NCBI GenBank assembly: GCA_032718475.1
Contig: JAUCBJ010007477.1
Coordinates: 62,001-126,000, forward strand
Direction of reading: 5' to 3'
Length of the DNA stretch: 64,000 nt
Origin: Nemertoderma westbladi
Taxonomy: Eukaryota > Animalia > Xenacoelomorpha
A model generated the notes under the pieces. That model did not search any database. It saw only the letters and a program-made list of their open reading frames with translations, and was not told the DNA's origin. Positions 34,146 to 46,286 of this stretch are shown here, in pieces. A program made the position numbers and the translations under genes. Position 1 is the stretch's first letter. Each line of letters starts with the position of its first letter.

Positions 34146-34721
34146 GTTAAATAGTAAGTAGGTAAAATAAGAAGTTTAAAATAAATTATCAAAATGTGAT
34201 GTTTAAAATTGTAAAAGTTTCTACAATCATATGAAACATCATAAATAGATTATTTACTCCTTTTTTTTTAAATATAAAATATCCCTATAACACTGTTAAC
34301 ATTAACACCAACAGTAGTATGGTAAACAACTTAAATGAAACAGCGTCTGCCATAGTCTACCATGTATATAAACCCAATATAGTAAGTGGGTTGCTGACGT
34401 TTGTGTCTTTAACATGATAGACTATTACAGACGCAACAACTAAAAAAGGTGAATAAACACAGACTAACGGTGGCTACCAATATTGCAATTAATTCTACAG
34501 TTATTGTCAAGCAATAAGTTGTGGGGGCGAGCCGCAAAGTGAGAATAATGCGGTATAAGGCCAGTCCACAGACGGAAGTAATTTAATTATATCGCTAAGC
34601 AACAGGTTGTGGGGTGAGCCGCAAAGTGAGTGTAAGGTTATAGTATTTATAATATTATTTTTAATTTGATTATTATACTTAAATCCATCACCATTACTAT
34701 TTTAAAATTTCTTCCACCACC

Positions 34722-35151
34722 TCACCCATTTATCCCGCAATCCTCGCTATCTACATCCTCCACATTATTACCATTACCACCACCACCACCCAACATCTCC
34801 AACATTCCCATCAACATCTCCTCAATCCTTTCTTTCATCGCCTTCTCCCGCGCACACCTCTCAGCCTCCCTCATTCTCCTAACCCCCTCAGCCGCCATCT
34901 CCAACTCCCAATCTTCTCCCCACACATTCAGGTTCTTTTTCGCCTCTTCCTCCAAATAATAATTTTTCTCTATCTCTTCCCACTCATTTCTCGGATTCAA
35001 CAATCTCTCCACCCGCGCTTCTTCTTTTTCTCTCTCGTAAATCGCCACCAGTATCATCTCATCAATTTCATCCGCTACAATCTCATTTTCCTCCTCCTCC
35101 TCCTCCATCAACCTCATCCACCACAATCTCATTTTCTCCCTCCTCATCCAT
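34722..35151 (-). pseudogene. Acidic WGEDW-family protein, copy 3
   Basis: Inverted paralogue of copy 1; probable frameshift near the N-terminus. Confidence 0.7.
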
Positions 35152-35399
35152 GTATAATAAATAAAATAAATATGTGTATAATAATAAATGTATGATACTA
35201 TAAATAAATATATTTATATAACATTTTAATAATATTTATTTCAATCGATAATTCATTATACCAACAAATAATTTAACAAATTAAAATTTTCCACCACAAA
35301 ATAATAATAATTAGTTAACCATGTCTGGCTCGTTACAGCGACACTGCCTACGAACGTGGACTATTTATATAATAAAGTTTCTACCACTCGAAGATTTAC

Positions 35400-36445
35400 A
35401 CTGAAGGTTTATTCTTCTTCATCCGTATCATTGACGATGTCCTCTTCAAAGTCGCTGATATCTTCATACACATAGCTAGGTGTTTTATTCACGATGAGAT
35501 CAATTTTTCGCTTAAGCGCTTGTTCTTTTATCGCTTGAGGTGTTTTCATCTTCATCTGAGCGCTCACACCCCCCAACGAGGGTATCAATATCCTTATAAT
35601 CATTCTTTTTTTCAGCGCCGTCTACCCGTTCATTTTCTGCAATTGCGGGCAACCAGATTTTATTCTCATCCATTTTCTTAGCAGTGACTTTTACTGCTTC
35701 GTACGTCTTCAGCTGACTAGCGTTGTTCGGCATTTGCACTTTCATTAGTTCCTTGTCTGCTAATTCATCAATCGCAGCCTCAACAACTAACTTTTTAATC
35801 GGTAGAAACTCACACCCAGACGGAATATCGTGGCCCGCGTACTTCTGTAATTCCTTAATTATCTTGACATTTGTGTTGTTTCGAGGGATGAAAATAACCT
35901 TGGTGTCGAAGTTGTGGGACAAACATATCCCGTTTTCATTAACGGTTGATGTTTAATGTTTAATGTTTAAGGTATTAGAAAGCCTAAGCTTGTTGAACCT
36001 GTACAAGTAAAATCAACAATCGAACAATAATACAAAATAAATCTAAGTACGTTGATATATGTAAATAAGTTATGTTAGAACTACATAAATTATATTTAAA
36101 ATAGCATATGTAATGGTTAAAATCTGGTTAAAACTACTAGTTCGCGAATAATAGTTAAAAAAAAAAAAGTTTAACCTCTAAGTAAAATAATTATATGTTG
36201 AATAAAAATTGGAGGATCAGTAGATTACACTAAAAGGTTTTACATATAATAGGTATAACATATCTTTGAATTCATAGAGATTATTTAAAACCTCGTTTGT
36301 AAAAAAGGTTTGTTAAAAAATGAAATAAAATTAATTAAAAATATAAAAAATATATGATAAAACAACGAATGAAAGTTGGTGTACCTCATACTAACCTCAT
36401 CGATATTCTTGTTAACATTCTTATATATGTTAAAGTCGAGCAAAC
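35400..36445 (-). pseudogene. Inverted partial copy of the PC4-like gene, interrupted by an AT-rich insert (about 35953-36375)
   Basis: Matches 29060-29660. The insert is flanked by GTTGATGT / GTTGGTGT. Confidence 0.8.
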
Positions 36446-38800
36446 GATTTTCGAGTTTAAGATCTGGCATATGGTGGCGCAGTATTTTCTGATTACAGTT
36501 GTACGAATTAACTCAGGCTTTTGGCAGCCAGCTGCTTCAGAATATTTATTTAATACGTCGTGACCTCTGATAGGCTGTAACCCATCCGACTTAAATACAC
36601 GTTCGTGGGGACTTCGCGCAGCACGAGGCCTAGTTATTATATACAAATTAAAATGCAGCGACTGTATCACAAAATCAGGTTTTGAGAAATTTACCCACAC
36701 CACCAATCAATCAAAGAAAGGTGGACAGTACGTGTTCACCCCTTTTAATCTCCCCCCCCCCCCCCCCACCCTTCCCAACCACCAATACATAACCGCGACA
36801 TCTACCACCCACGGAAGGGTAGCACGAACTTATTTCCAATCGCACGTTAAATATGCAAAGCCAGGTGGTTTATAGGAATATAATAAACGCAGTACTCGTT
36901 TTCATTATAAGCCTCTTTGCGTTCGTCCTGTTTTGTATTTAAATATATTTCTTAAACGCAAGCTAGGACAATCTTTATAATAATAATAACTAGGGATGCG
37001 ATCAATATGTGAAGCCAGGTGGTTTATATAATAATTTAGTCAACGCAGTACTCGTCTTCATTATATGCCTCGTTGCGCTCGTCGCTTGTCCTGTTTTGTC
37101 ATAAAATATTTTTCCTAAACGCAGACTGACGATCTTTATACAGTTATAACTATGCGAAGTTTCGAAACTGTGCGAGTAACTGTTGATACATCTATGTGGA
37201 GATGTGTGATATGTGGAGATGTGTGATACAACGCCAACGCATCTTATGCCGATGTAGTAATATGGGTATTGAAATAATATTAAATCAATGTACACTCTTA
37301 AAGCTGCAGCGAAAAAATGTAGCTAATTTCCTAGGTTACATATAAAATAATAATATTATTTTTAAGAACATTAATTTTACTACTTTGCAAAAATTCAATT
37401 AAAAAATAACCAGACATATACATTGTGGAATAAACTATTTCAGAAGCCTACAACAGCCATGCCATGGATTGTATTTATGTTATTATATCTGTCATTTAAC
37501 TGAGATAGCAATAGTAGTAATAGTCGAACGGTTATGCGGCCCGTCCAGCCTATAATAAACACAATTCAGTGATTGGGCTGGAATAGCAATACTGGTTGCC
37601 TCTATTACAATTCCTCTCAGGTTAGTCTACAGCCACAACTCCCAGCAGCTAGCTCCACACCAGCAGAGACTTGACCAATAATGGGAAGGATTAAATTTGT
37701 ACTCAATAATTGTGCGGTTTAATTACGTTTAGATCAATTAAAGACACATTTATTAAAGCAAATCACTTAAACTAATTAAAAACTATAATAGAATGGCGTA
37801 TGGGGATTATATCTGTATAATTTTTAAGTATAATTATTTAAATCTTATACTGTAAAACAATTAATTTCCTTTAAAAGGCAGGTTGAAAATGGCGTTTTCA
37901 CCGCAATCAACTTAATTAACTAATTAACTGCTATTATCTTAGCTTCTCGAAGGCCACACGGAAATTCTACTTGGAAAATTTCTAAACTTTTGCCAAACAA
38001 CATGTGTACCAAGTTTGGATAGATTTCATCAAAGATTGGCCGAGTTATTAACGTTTAAAATTGAACACGACAGAACGACAGAACGACAGAACGACAGAAC
38101 GACAGGTTGATTAATGGTACCACTACGCTAAGGCTCACTCACTTCGTGGCTCGCCCCACAAAGTCATTATTATCCAGACCCTTACAAAGAAAGAGCAACA
38201 GAGGCCTTACTTCTGGTGTAACCAACACGGGAACTGGATTACGCTTTCCAATGGTAGTAAGAAGTCCCATACGCTTTGTTAGCTCCATCTCTAAGGGATT
38301 TAAACATTTCTTAACCTCTTCTGAAGTATGGGCTGTAACATCCCGGTTTAGACCATTTAAAACAGTGCCATATCTCATGGAACTCGGTTCCCTTGACCTC
38401 TTCTTATTAAATAATAAAAGTTGTACAAGTACACATTCCTTGACATCCCGAATGTTGCAATTTCCTGGTATGATTTGTGTATGATGTTTGATGAGTGTAT
38501 CAATATATGATCTTAGTGCTATTATGTCTTTAGTTAGTGGTATCTCATTAATTTTATTGAATTTAGCCTTCTCTAGCGCATACTTAGCAATTCTTGATAC
38601 AACAAAAGTCCATTCAGAGCCATGTAGATGAAGAAACGAGTCTATTTTCCTTTGTAGGTCGATATCATCATCTCTAACAACCTGATTGCGAATAAATTCT
38701 GCAAACTTCCTCAAAGACTGGCCAAATTTGATCTTAGCAGAAGAACTTTAAACTTATTAGCAGCACAAAGCACCTTGTCAAAGTTTTTAGGGTTAATCAA
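36445..38800 (-). pseudogene. Tyrosine-recombinase-like gene fragment split by an insertion
   Basis: LLLFNKKRSRE, GKRNPVPVL and LIRTTVIRKYCAT motifs. Removing the insert and one ACA restores DNNDFVFKSDG. Confidence 0.55.
36600..38157. mobile_element. Non-autonomous Helentron/DINE-like insertion
   Basis: Flanked by ACA, with GC-rich short hairpin-like ends (CGTGGGGACTTCGCGCAGCACG; CACTTCGTGGCTCGCCCC) and a subterminal (CGACAGAA)n microsatellite. Confidence 0.55.
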
Positions 38801-39566
38801 GGCTACTGTCGTATTATAATTAAGTTGGTCATAACACACCCCCCCCCCCACACACACACACACACCTACCGGTAGCTAGCTAGCTGTTGCATCTGACTTT
38901 ACATACACTGACATATAACACAGCTATAAACTGCAGACACCTACCGGTAGCTAGCTGACTTTACACACTGACATATAACAAGACTAAACTGTAGAAGGGC
39001 TCCCCTTCTAGACTGACAAAGTACCGTTGGCTTGCTTTAGCGATACTAATAATAATAAAATTAAATTAACTCGACATGTGGTTCACGAATGCGGCATTAG
39101 AGTGGCCCGCCTAACAAAAGACTTAGTGGTACTGTATGCCCCTTTTTCGAATGTAGGCCCAATATGGTTTACGGTTAACCTTTAGAACTCACGGACAGGC
39201 ACGCACGCCTTCATTCAGCCAGTCATATAATGACTCCTCAACTGAAAGCCGGCTAGCTCATGGATACAATAGGTGTGGCTAGCAATATATAAAATCCACC
39301 GCACACAACATTCACTCCATGTTGTAGGCCTATATAAAACATAGTTAGTTTATTTATGTAAGTTTATTTATTATTTTTAAATTAGATATAAAACAGACTG
39401 ATAACATTTAATGAGTTGAAATTTGAACTTCTCTCCAACTGTTACAATCAGGAACACTGGTCACAATTTGACAAATTTAGTAGGTACCGATAGGGGCTAA
39501 TTAAGACAGTAACTACCATTTAATAGGTCAGTTAGTCAGTTAGTCAGTATCGATAAATCTGTCTCA

Positions 39567-39953
39567 TTACCGGTACCATTTATAAATTGGTTGCTGTTGC
39601 GGTTCCGGTTCCGGTTGTGAATGTGTCACAACAACATCATTATCATCATCTTCCCATGGGTTGTTTGGGGGTAACATTGGATTTGTTATACCATCCTCCC
39701 AATTTTCTTGAGAAATTATACCGGTATCGCATGTATGAATTTCGCTATCGCCGGGTTGAATTCTCACATTTAATGTGAAATTTTTCATTGTTTTAAAATC
39801 AGTTATTTCGTTTCCTCTGTTATTTTTAATTGCCATATGGAATTTGCCATCTTCAAGTTTTATACTAATGTCGACTATATTTGCCGCTTGAATGTATACA
39901 TCACCAGCTTCAAGATCGAATTTCATAGAACAACTCATCACACTTGCTGTCAT
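39567..39953 (-). CDS. Hypothetical protein with acidic Trp motifs (ENWED, NPWEDDD)
   Basis: Intact 128-aa ORF with a positional homologue in element A (6588-6860). Confidence 0.6.
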   Translation of the reverse strand: MTASVMSCSMKFDLEAGDVYIQAANIVDISIKLEDGKFHMAIKNNRGNEITDFKTMKNFTLNVRIQPGDSEIHTCDTGIISQENWEDGITNPMLPPNNPWEDDDNDVVVTHSQPEPEPQQQPIYKWYR

Positions 39954-40616
39954 TTTACTGTTACAGGTTGGTTATGATTATAATATAGTATAGTATAGGC
40001 TAGAGTATACAGGTATTTTTTTTTCTTATTTTCGTTAACAAAATTATAGTTCACTGTTAGAAAAATTGAGTTTATATATATTTTTTTAGAGGGTCGCAGA
40101 TGTTTACATTACAAAATTCACATAGTTAACAAAATGCCTAACATAAACTTTTCCCATTCGGATTAGCGATATATGCTCTGTTCATTATTCTATTCTATTC
40201 TGAATAATGTAGTGAAATGCATAGCCAATGTTTTAATAATATGTATACAGGCTAGTAACAGATAGGGGGGCTTCGACTTTGACTATGAATACCAGTACAT
40301 AGCCCTAAACTTTTCTCACCAGGCTTAGTGATGTGTAATTTAGCCAGCAATAGCGATGCTCTCTGCTCACAGTCATAACTAACAGATGCGCAACCGTAGC
40401 TCACTCGCTAGCTGCGATGTTTAGCTAGCCACTGTCTCTGGGTATACTATGCATACTAGGCTGTTACAAGCAGTCGCTCTGCTGAAGTTAGTTAGTTTCC
40501 CCAACTAGTTGTTGATTTAAAAAATATTCATAAATTTCTTCTCCCTCAAATTAATATATATATATATTTTACAGTAAAAAACCTCCATCACCAAACAACA
40601 ATAAATTTCACTCTCT

Positions 40617-41030
40617 CTAATTATATTTTACATCCAAAAACCCTCCACCAAACAACAATAAATTATTAACCAGTTTGTTGAATATAGGATAATATATATG
40701 AAATTTAAACGGAGAACACATTAATGTATATTTACTGGTATAGAAACAGCAAACAACAACAATATTATTTAATCTGACTTTACAGTTATTGAATATTTCT
40801 GGCTCGTATGAAATTTCTAGTTTGACATTATCAAATATAACATAAAACCCGATATTGTTTATAAGTAACCTATAGATTACAGTGTCAATACTAAAAATAT
40901 AAGCACATAAATTAATAGATTTAAAAATCAAATTAATGTTTGTTTTTTCAAATATATGCTTTTTAACTTTATTAAAATTATATTTTCTACCAAGAATTGT
41001 TATTCGTCCATTTGTAAACATTAATAATTA
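40617..41030 (-). pseudogene. TBP-like protein, copy 3 (5'-truncated)
   Basis: MFTNGRITILG..YEPEIFNNCKVRL..CCFYT; close to copy 1. Confidence 0.8.
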
Positions 41031-41312
41031 ATTAATTAATTAATTAATTAATTCGTGTCTACTGCTTGGCGTTTGACCTTGAAAAGTAGGTGGGTTGCAG
41101 ACATTAATTTGTGTCTACTGGTTGGTGTTTGACCTTGAACCGCAATAGGTAAAACCCAATATAGTAAGTGGGTTGCAGACGTTTGTTATAAAGACTTTAA
41201 TATGATAGACTATGACAGATGCAACATCTAAAGAAGGTGAATAAACACCAACTAACGACAGCCACCAATATTAAAATTCTACAGTTATTGCTAAGCAACT
41301 AGTTGTGGGGCG

Positions 41313-41830
41313 AGTAGTAGGAGAAGAAGTGTCCTCACCATAGTCCTCCCTAGCTTGGGCTATGGGCTACTTCTCGGAGGGCTATTAAAAAATGCCAAAT
41401 TCCGGTGCTAAATTGCGGTGCATGCCATATGTCACCATCGGCAGTTGCCATCAACCAATCGTAGCGTAGCCTTACTCGACTAACTGACTGCTGTTACCTA
41501 CTAACTAACCCTAATGTTATTCCCCTTTTCGCCACGCTACCACCACCACCACCACCACCACCACTGTATACTGTATATGGTGACGACAATGACGACGTAG
41601 CCATCTACACGCACCACGCATATACCCTCCCTCGATATTATATATTATATTATATCGATTGCCAACTCAACGATTTACCTACCGCCAGCTAGAGCTACTC
41701 CTCGACTGCTGTCGCCAAACCAACAAACCAACCAACCAGCCAGTATGATACATGAAATTCCATCACGTTCCCGCTATGCGTATACGTACATTAGTGATTA
41801 TTATTATTATTACGCAGAACCAAATAATTT
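41313..41830 (+). repeat. Polinton TIR (left-type end)
   Basis: Begins AGTAGTAGGAGAAGAAGTGTCC; highly similar to the reverse complement of 62100-62535. Confidence 0.85.
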
Positions 41831-41988
41831 TTAATTATACTGTATTTCCCTACCGGCTAATCAACCAATCAATAAACCGAATTTAGGCTAATAACTCGGT
41901 TATACAGTAGTAGTAATGGTTTACCCTATTTCTGCGACAATTGGACCTACTTCACACCTTGGGTGTTAAGTAGGTCATTAATTAATTA

Positions 41989-42092
41989 ACCAATTAATTA
42001 ATTGGTCGATTAAACAATTAATTAATTGTTTAATCAATCGATTTGTATCAAATAATGTTGCCAAAGGCAATTTAATTTGATACAAATCAATC
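41989..42092. other. Cluster of three palindromes/hairpins
   Basis: ACCAATTAATTAATTGGT; GATTAAACAATTAATTAATTGTTTAATC; GATTTGTATCAAAT..GCCAAAGGC..ATTTGATACAAATC. Confidence 0.85.
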
Positions 42093-42432
42093 AGATAGGG
42101 ACGCGCGATGAATAAATTGTACTACAGCAAACGAAATATACAATACAATATACAATACATTTGTATTATTTTTGCCATACAATAGGTAAAGGTAGAATTA
42201 AATAAAAAGACACAATCGAGACCCAAAACATAAATTACCCTCACACAAAAATAAAGTGGCCCCAGTTTGACTAATCCCTTTGAATCCATAGCTTCGTTAT
42301 TACATCAATTCATCCAAGAAATTAGAATAATCATCTACTCTTGCAATAGTTTGTATTCTTTTGCGTTATACTTATGAAGCAGTCCACGCGCATATTAACT
42401 CAAAGACAAACCCCTACCCAAACACCATGTGA

Positions 42433-42732
42433 TCAATCCCACACCTCTTCTCCCCACGCCATTGAACATTCTCCCTTCTTCTCTTCTTTCTCTTCTTTTT
42501 TCTCTTCTTTTTTCTGTTCTTTTATTATATGAAAAATTGAGTTCCTGGACCTATATTCGCAAAACCGCAAATGGTGATCCTTTTCAGCTTCTCTAAAGCT
42601 GTGTGCGGCTTGAAAAGGACACTGAACCATTTTTTGATTCGAAAAGTTCTTACGACATTTTCTTAAATGCGTAACATATTTTTCTGAATGAATTCTGTGC
42701 GTGGCATCATAAGGACATATGAAATATTCCAT
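42433..42732 (-). CDS. GTSF1/Asterix-like protein (two CHHC U11-48K-type zinc fingers, acidic Trp tail), intact
   Basis: CPYDATH-x9-H-LRKC-RKN and QCPFQAAH-x9-H-LRFC, then a K/E-rich linker and AWGEEVWD. 99 aa, intronless. TATATAAA lies about 110 nt upstream. Confidence 0.88.
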   Translation of the reverse strand: MEYFICPYDATHRIHSEKYVTHLRKCRKNFSNQKMVQCPFQAAHSFREAEKDHHLRFCEYRSRNSIFHIIKEQKKEEKKEEKEEKKGECSMAWGEEVWD

Positions 42733-43038
42733 AGTAACAAAAGACAAAAAACAAAATTTATTGAGATATACTTTTTAAAAAACTTTTAAAAACCTCACTT
42801 AATATTTTTAGAGATAATGATCTAACTTTACATGGTTTTATTTATATAGAAAGGTCCACCTTAACATTTCAAACAGAACCATAGTTTTTGGTATGGCATG
42901 CGTGAAGGATTAAGCATCCCATGGAATCCCTTGTTGAGTTATACTCTACAATGAAATATAAAGACGCAATCGAGGCCCAAAACATAAATTACCCTCACAC
43001 GAAAATAAAGTGGCCCCAGTTTGGCCCCGAGTCATCCC

Positions 43039-43310
43039 TCAATAATCTATGGCTGGTTGGGCTCTTATTAACCGTAGCATGACTAACCCAAACATCAATG
43101 CGTGAATGGGGCCTGCGTGAATGGGGCCTGCCACAGAGCTTAAATTATTCAAACCCACAGCTTCGTTATTACACCAATTCATCCAAGAAATTAGAATAAA
43201 CATCTGCTCTTGCAATAGATTGCATTCTTTCGCATTGTATTGCGAAGCAGTCCACGCATGCATTAGCTCAACAACAAAGGCAATATCCAAACGCCATATG
43301 TCAAATTAAT
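43039..43310 (-). CDS. Small hypothetical protein; decayed direct copy at 42205-42428
   Basis: Shared DNA GCGTGGACTGCTTC..TTATTCTAATTTCTTGGATGAATT..TAATAACGAAGCT on both sides of the GTSF1-like gene. Confidence 0.45.
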
Positions 43311-43793
43311 TCCCAACCATCTCTTTACTACAGTGGATACTGCAGTTTTTTGTTTGAAGTAATTTCAGAGATGCTCTAGTATAACATTAATTAACATACC
43401 CATTCATTCATTACACACACTTTTCTCCAACGCACCCCCCGCTTCTCAATTCATCCCATTTCCCAACCTAACTAATGTTTTACATTTAATTAACCCAATG
43501 AAATGTGTTTATTATTCCCTCAATCCAATAGCGCGTCTCTCTCTCTCTCTCTTTTTATTTCTATTGGTTCCCACAAGCTTCACTTTTATTTTCATTGGTT
43601 ATCCTTTCCCTTATAAACCCCCACCCTTCGCTTCGAACTTTACTTACAAAAATATTATTGACAATTTTACTTTTTATTTAAAGTTATAATACATTTATTG
43701 TTATACATAATATTATATTTTCTTCAAGATTGTTATACGTAATACATTTATTGTTATACATAATATATTGTTGCAAACATCATCAATCTGCAG

Positions 43794-43917
43794 GTAAGAA
43801 CAATAAATTTGTGTTTTTATGAATTCGTTTAGTTTTAACATTATTACCTCAAAATAAATATCAACCCCGCGAAACCTGCCCAAACTTATTATTATTATTT
43901 AGTTTTTTATTTTATAG
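43794..43917 (+). promoter_or_regulatory. Candidate 5'-UTR intron of pPolB lineage D
   Basis: CAG|GTAAGA ... TTTTTTATTTTATAG|CAAACATG, with TATAAA at about 43612. Confidence 0.5.
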
Positions 43918-43922
43918 CAAAC

Positions 43923-45695
43923 ATGCCTAGATCATCAACATTCGTTGACTGTCCTGTCTGCAATAAGAACATGCGCAGTGACAATCTCAACAAACATCTC
44001 GCATCTCATTTTAAACAATATTCATGCGATTGTTGTGGCACCTGGTCCTCCGATAAGAAAACTATGGTTAGCCATCTAGCGCTATGTACGCAAGGTGGGA
44101 CTGGGTTCAGATTTATCAACGAAGAAAACACTTGCAAGTGTGGCGAATCATTCACTCTATCAGCCTTTAAAGAACACGATTGCTATACGCGTCTCTTCTC
44201 TCGGAAACGCAAACAATCTCAAACGCCCTTGTCACCACCACCACCACCTCCACCACCAAACATTCAATCTCCTAGGGTTGGCCCTTCTACTTCAAGACAA
44301 CAGACTGGAGGTTCGACCAACAACCCATTTTTACCATCAGTGAATAGCTCATCCCACAACCGCTTATTTACATATACAAACACGTTACTTACACCACAAT
44401 TAGATGTAGAGTTAACACTTAGAGAAAATGAAAGTTATATTTGGGATAGAGTGAGTCAACATTTTAATAATGAATTTAATTTTATAAAAGTTTGGTTAAC
44501 TATTTCTATCTTAATGGAAAGGGAGACATCTGAGGGTACTCAATTAGAAACCTTCTGTTTCAAATCAAACGCTTCAAATAATCAAATAACTTCTAATTTA
44601 GATTTTGAAAACTGGTTTTCGCAAACTATCGAACGAATAGATGAATTAATAGCAGTCTTTGTTTGCATGGGCAGTGGTTGGAATATTGTTTCAATTAAAG
44701 AAATCAATTTACAAATTTCTACCTTCAATCGCAACCCCTATTTAAAAGGACACGGTGGTGGTTATATTCCTAAAATTTTAGCAAAGAAGAAGTGCATTAT
44801 TAACTTAGATTGTCCCATCGGGGAATGTTTTAAGTACGCAGTAGTTGCTGCTGCTTGTTATAAAAAAATTGAAAGAAAGAAACAAAACATTAGTCGATTG
44901 TCAACATATACCCCATAATGTCCATGTTTGATTTCAGTACGATGAGTTTCCCAGTAGATAGAGTAGTAGGCATCCCACGTTTTTTAGAAACCAACCCTTT
45001 GTACTGCATTAATTTATTATTTTGGAGTACTGATAACACATTGAGCATTCTATCACAACCAGATTCAGAACATTGCTTCCAAAAAACTGTTTTAAATTTA
45101 ATGTTTATAGAAGGTAATCAAAACAATCCAGGACATTACTGCGCAATTGTCAACTTAAATAGACTTATTAAAAAATCAGGACAAAAGAACAAATCAATTT
45201 GTGAGCGTTGTCTGAGAGCTTTTTATACTATTAACTCATTGCAAACTCACCGAGAACTATGTTACTCGAGCAAACGACAATTGGAACAAATGCCTACACC
45301 AGATAAATTAAAAATTAAATTCAATCGATTAGATAAAACATTATCCCCTCCCTTTTGCATATATGCCGATATTGAAAGCGTTTTAGAACCTACATCAAAC
45401 CCTAAATTAGTTCAAAAGCACATTGCTAGCGCCGCCGCATTTTATACAGTACCAAATCGCGAGCTAATAAATCCCCCACAAACATCATTACAAATGTTTA
45501 GAGACACTGGAACAAACCATGTTATAGACGATTTTCTCACTGCCCTCGAATCACACTGTAGGGAATTATACGAGTGGACTATTTCTGGTACAAACACCAA
45601 TGTTCCTAAACATTTGACTCGAGCACAGCAACAAAATTTTGATAATGCTACAAACTGTTACACTTGTAACTGTTCTCTAACCCCCGATTCACATG
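43923..45695 (+). pseudogene. pPolB lineage D, N-terminal region only
   Basis: CPVC..MRSDNLNKHLASH zinc finger, MGSGW, CFKYA, GHY, CERCL and YADIE. Frameshift at about 44915; truncated by rearrangement. Confidence 0.9.
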
Positions 45696-45880
45696 GACCC
45701 CCCCCCCCCCGCTGTCCCCTCACCGAAAGTTTGGGGCACCCTGCCGGAAACAGGTACTTGTTGGATGGGGTCGTCTGCTTCTGGATTTGGCTTTGCTTCG
45801 CTTCGTAGCTCTTGCCGCCGTCTCACCCACAATAAAGTTGCGGCAATCTTCGAGGTTGATTTATCACCGCCTGTAGCCAT
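45689..45880 (-). pseudogene. MATG/QQVPVSGRVPQT family protein fragment
   Basis: Shares IAATLLW.RRRQE and PIQQVPVSGRVPQT with 57317-57750 and 62719-63096. Confidence 0.6.
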
Positions 45881-45949
45881 TATGTCGATATGTTTTAGTT
45901 TATTTAGATAGTTTATAATTTAATAATTTAATTAATAAAGTGATGCCGT

Positions 45950-46170
45950 TATCACTATTCCCGATGTTAATATAGTAAATTATTATAACAGAACTAGCTA
46001 ATTTGGTAAGGCTAATTATCTATGCTTTGTATATGGCTTATTTCTTCTTTTGTGAAACCGGTCACATATGTAAGTAAATTGAACCCAGACCTTTGATTGT
46101 CGTTAGAGCGTTTAATTATTGTCTAATGCGCGTAGCGTGGATAGAGATTCTGGCCTTTGTGATTCTGGCC
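45950..46170 (-). promoter_or_regulatory. Conserved ~220-bp upstream cassette (also 46625-46838, 57830-58045)
   Basis: Three near-identical non-coding copies, each just 5' of an ATG-GCT-initiated ORF of one family. Confidence 0.55.
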
Positions 46171-46286
46171 TCTGAGCCTTCACGCAGCACGAAGTAAGCA
46201 AGCATTTAGCATGTAGGTACTATTGTTGAATTTGTTGATTTTATTTATTAATGTTATTATATTAATTGTCGAAATTATTACTTACA

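Noticed and set aside
42433-42732. The host's own GTSF1 locus or a simple retrocopy
   Set aside because: Intronless, very short, no poly-A tail or TSD, embedded in Polinton DNA, with a second copy at only about 56% finger identity. Disfavoured but not formally excluded without a phylogeny.
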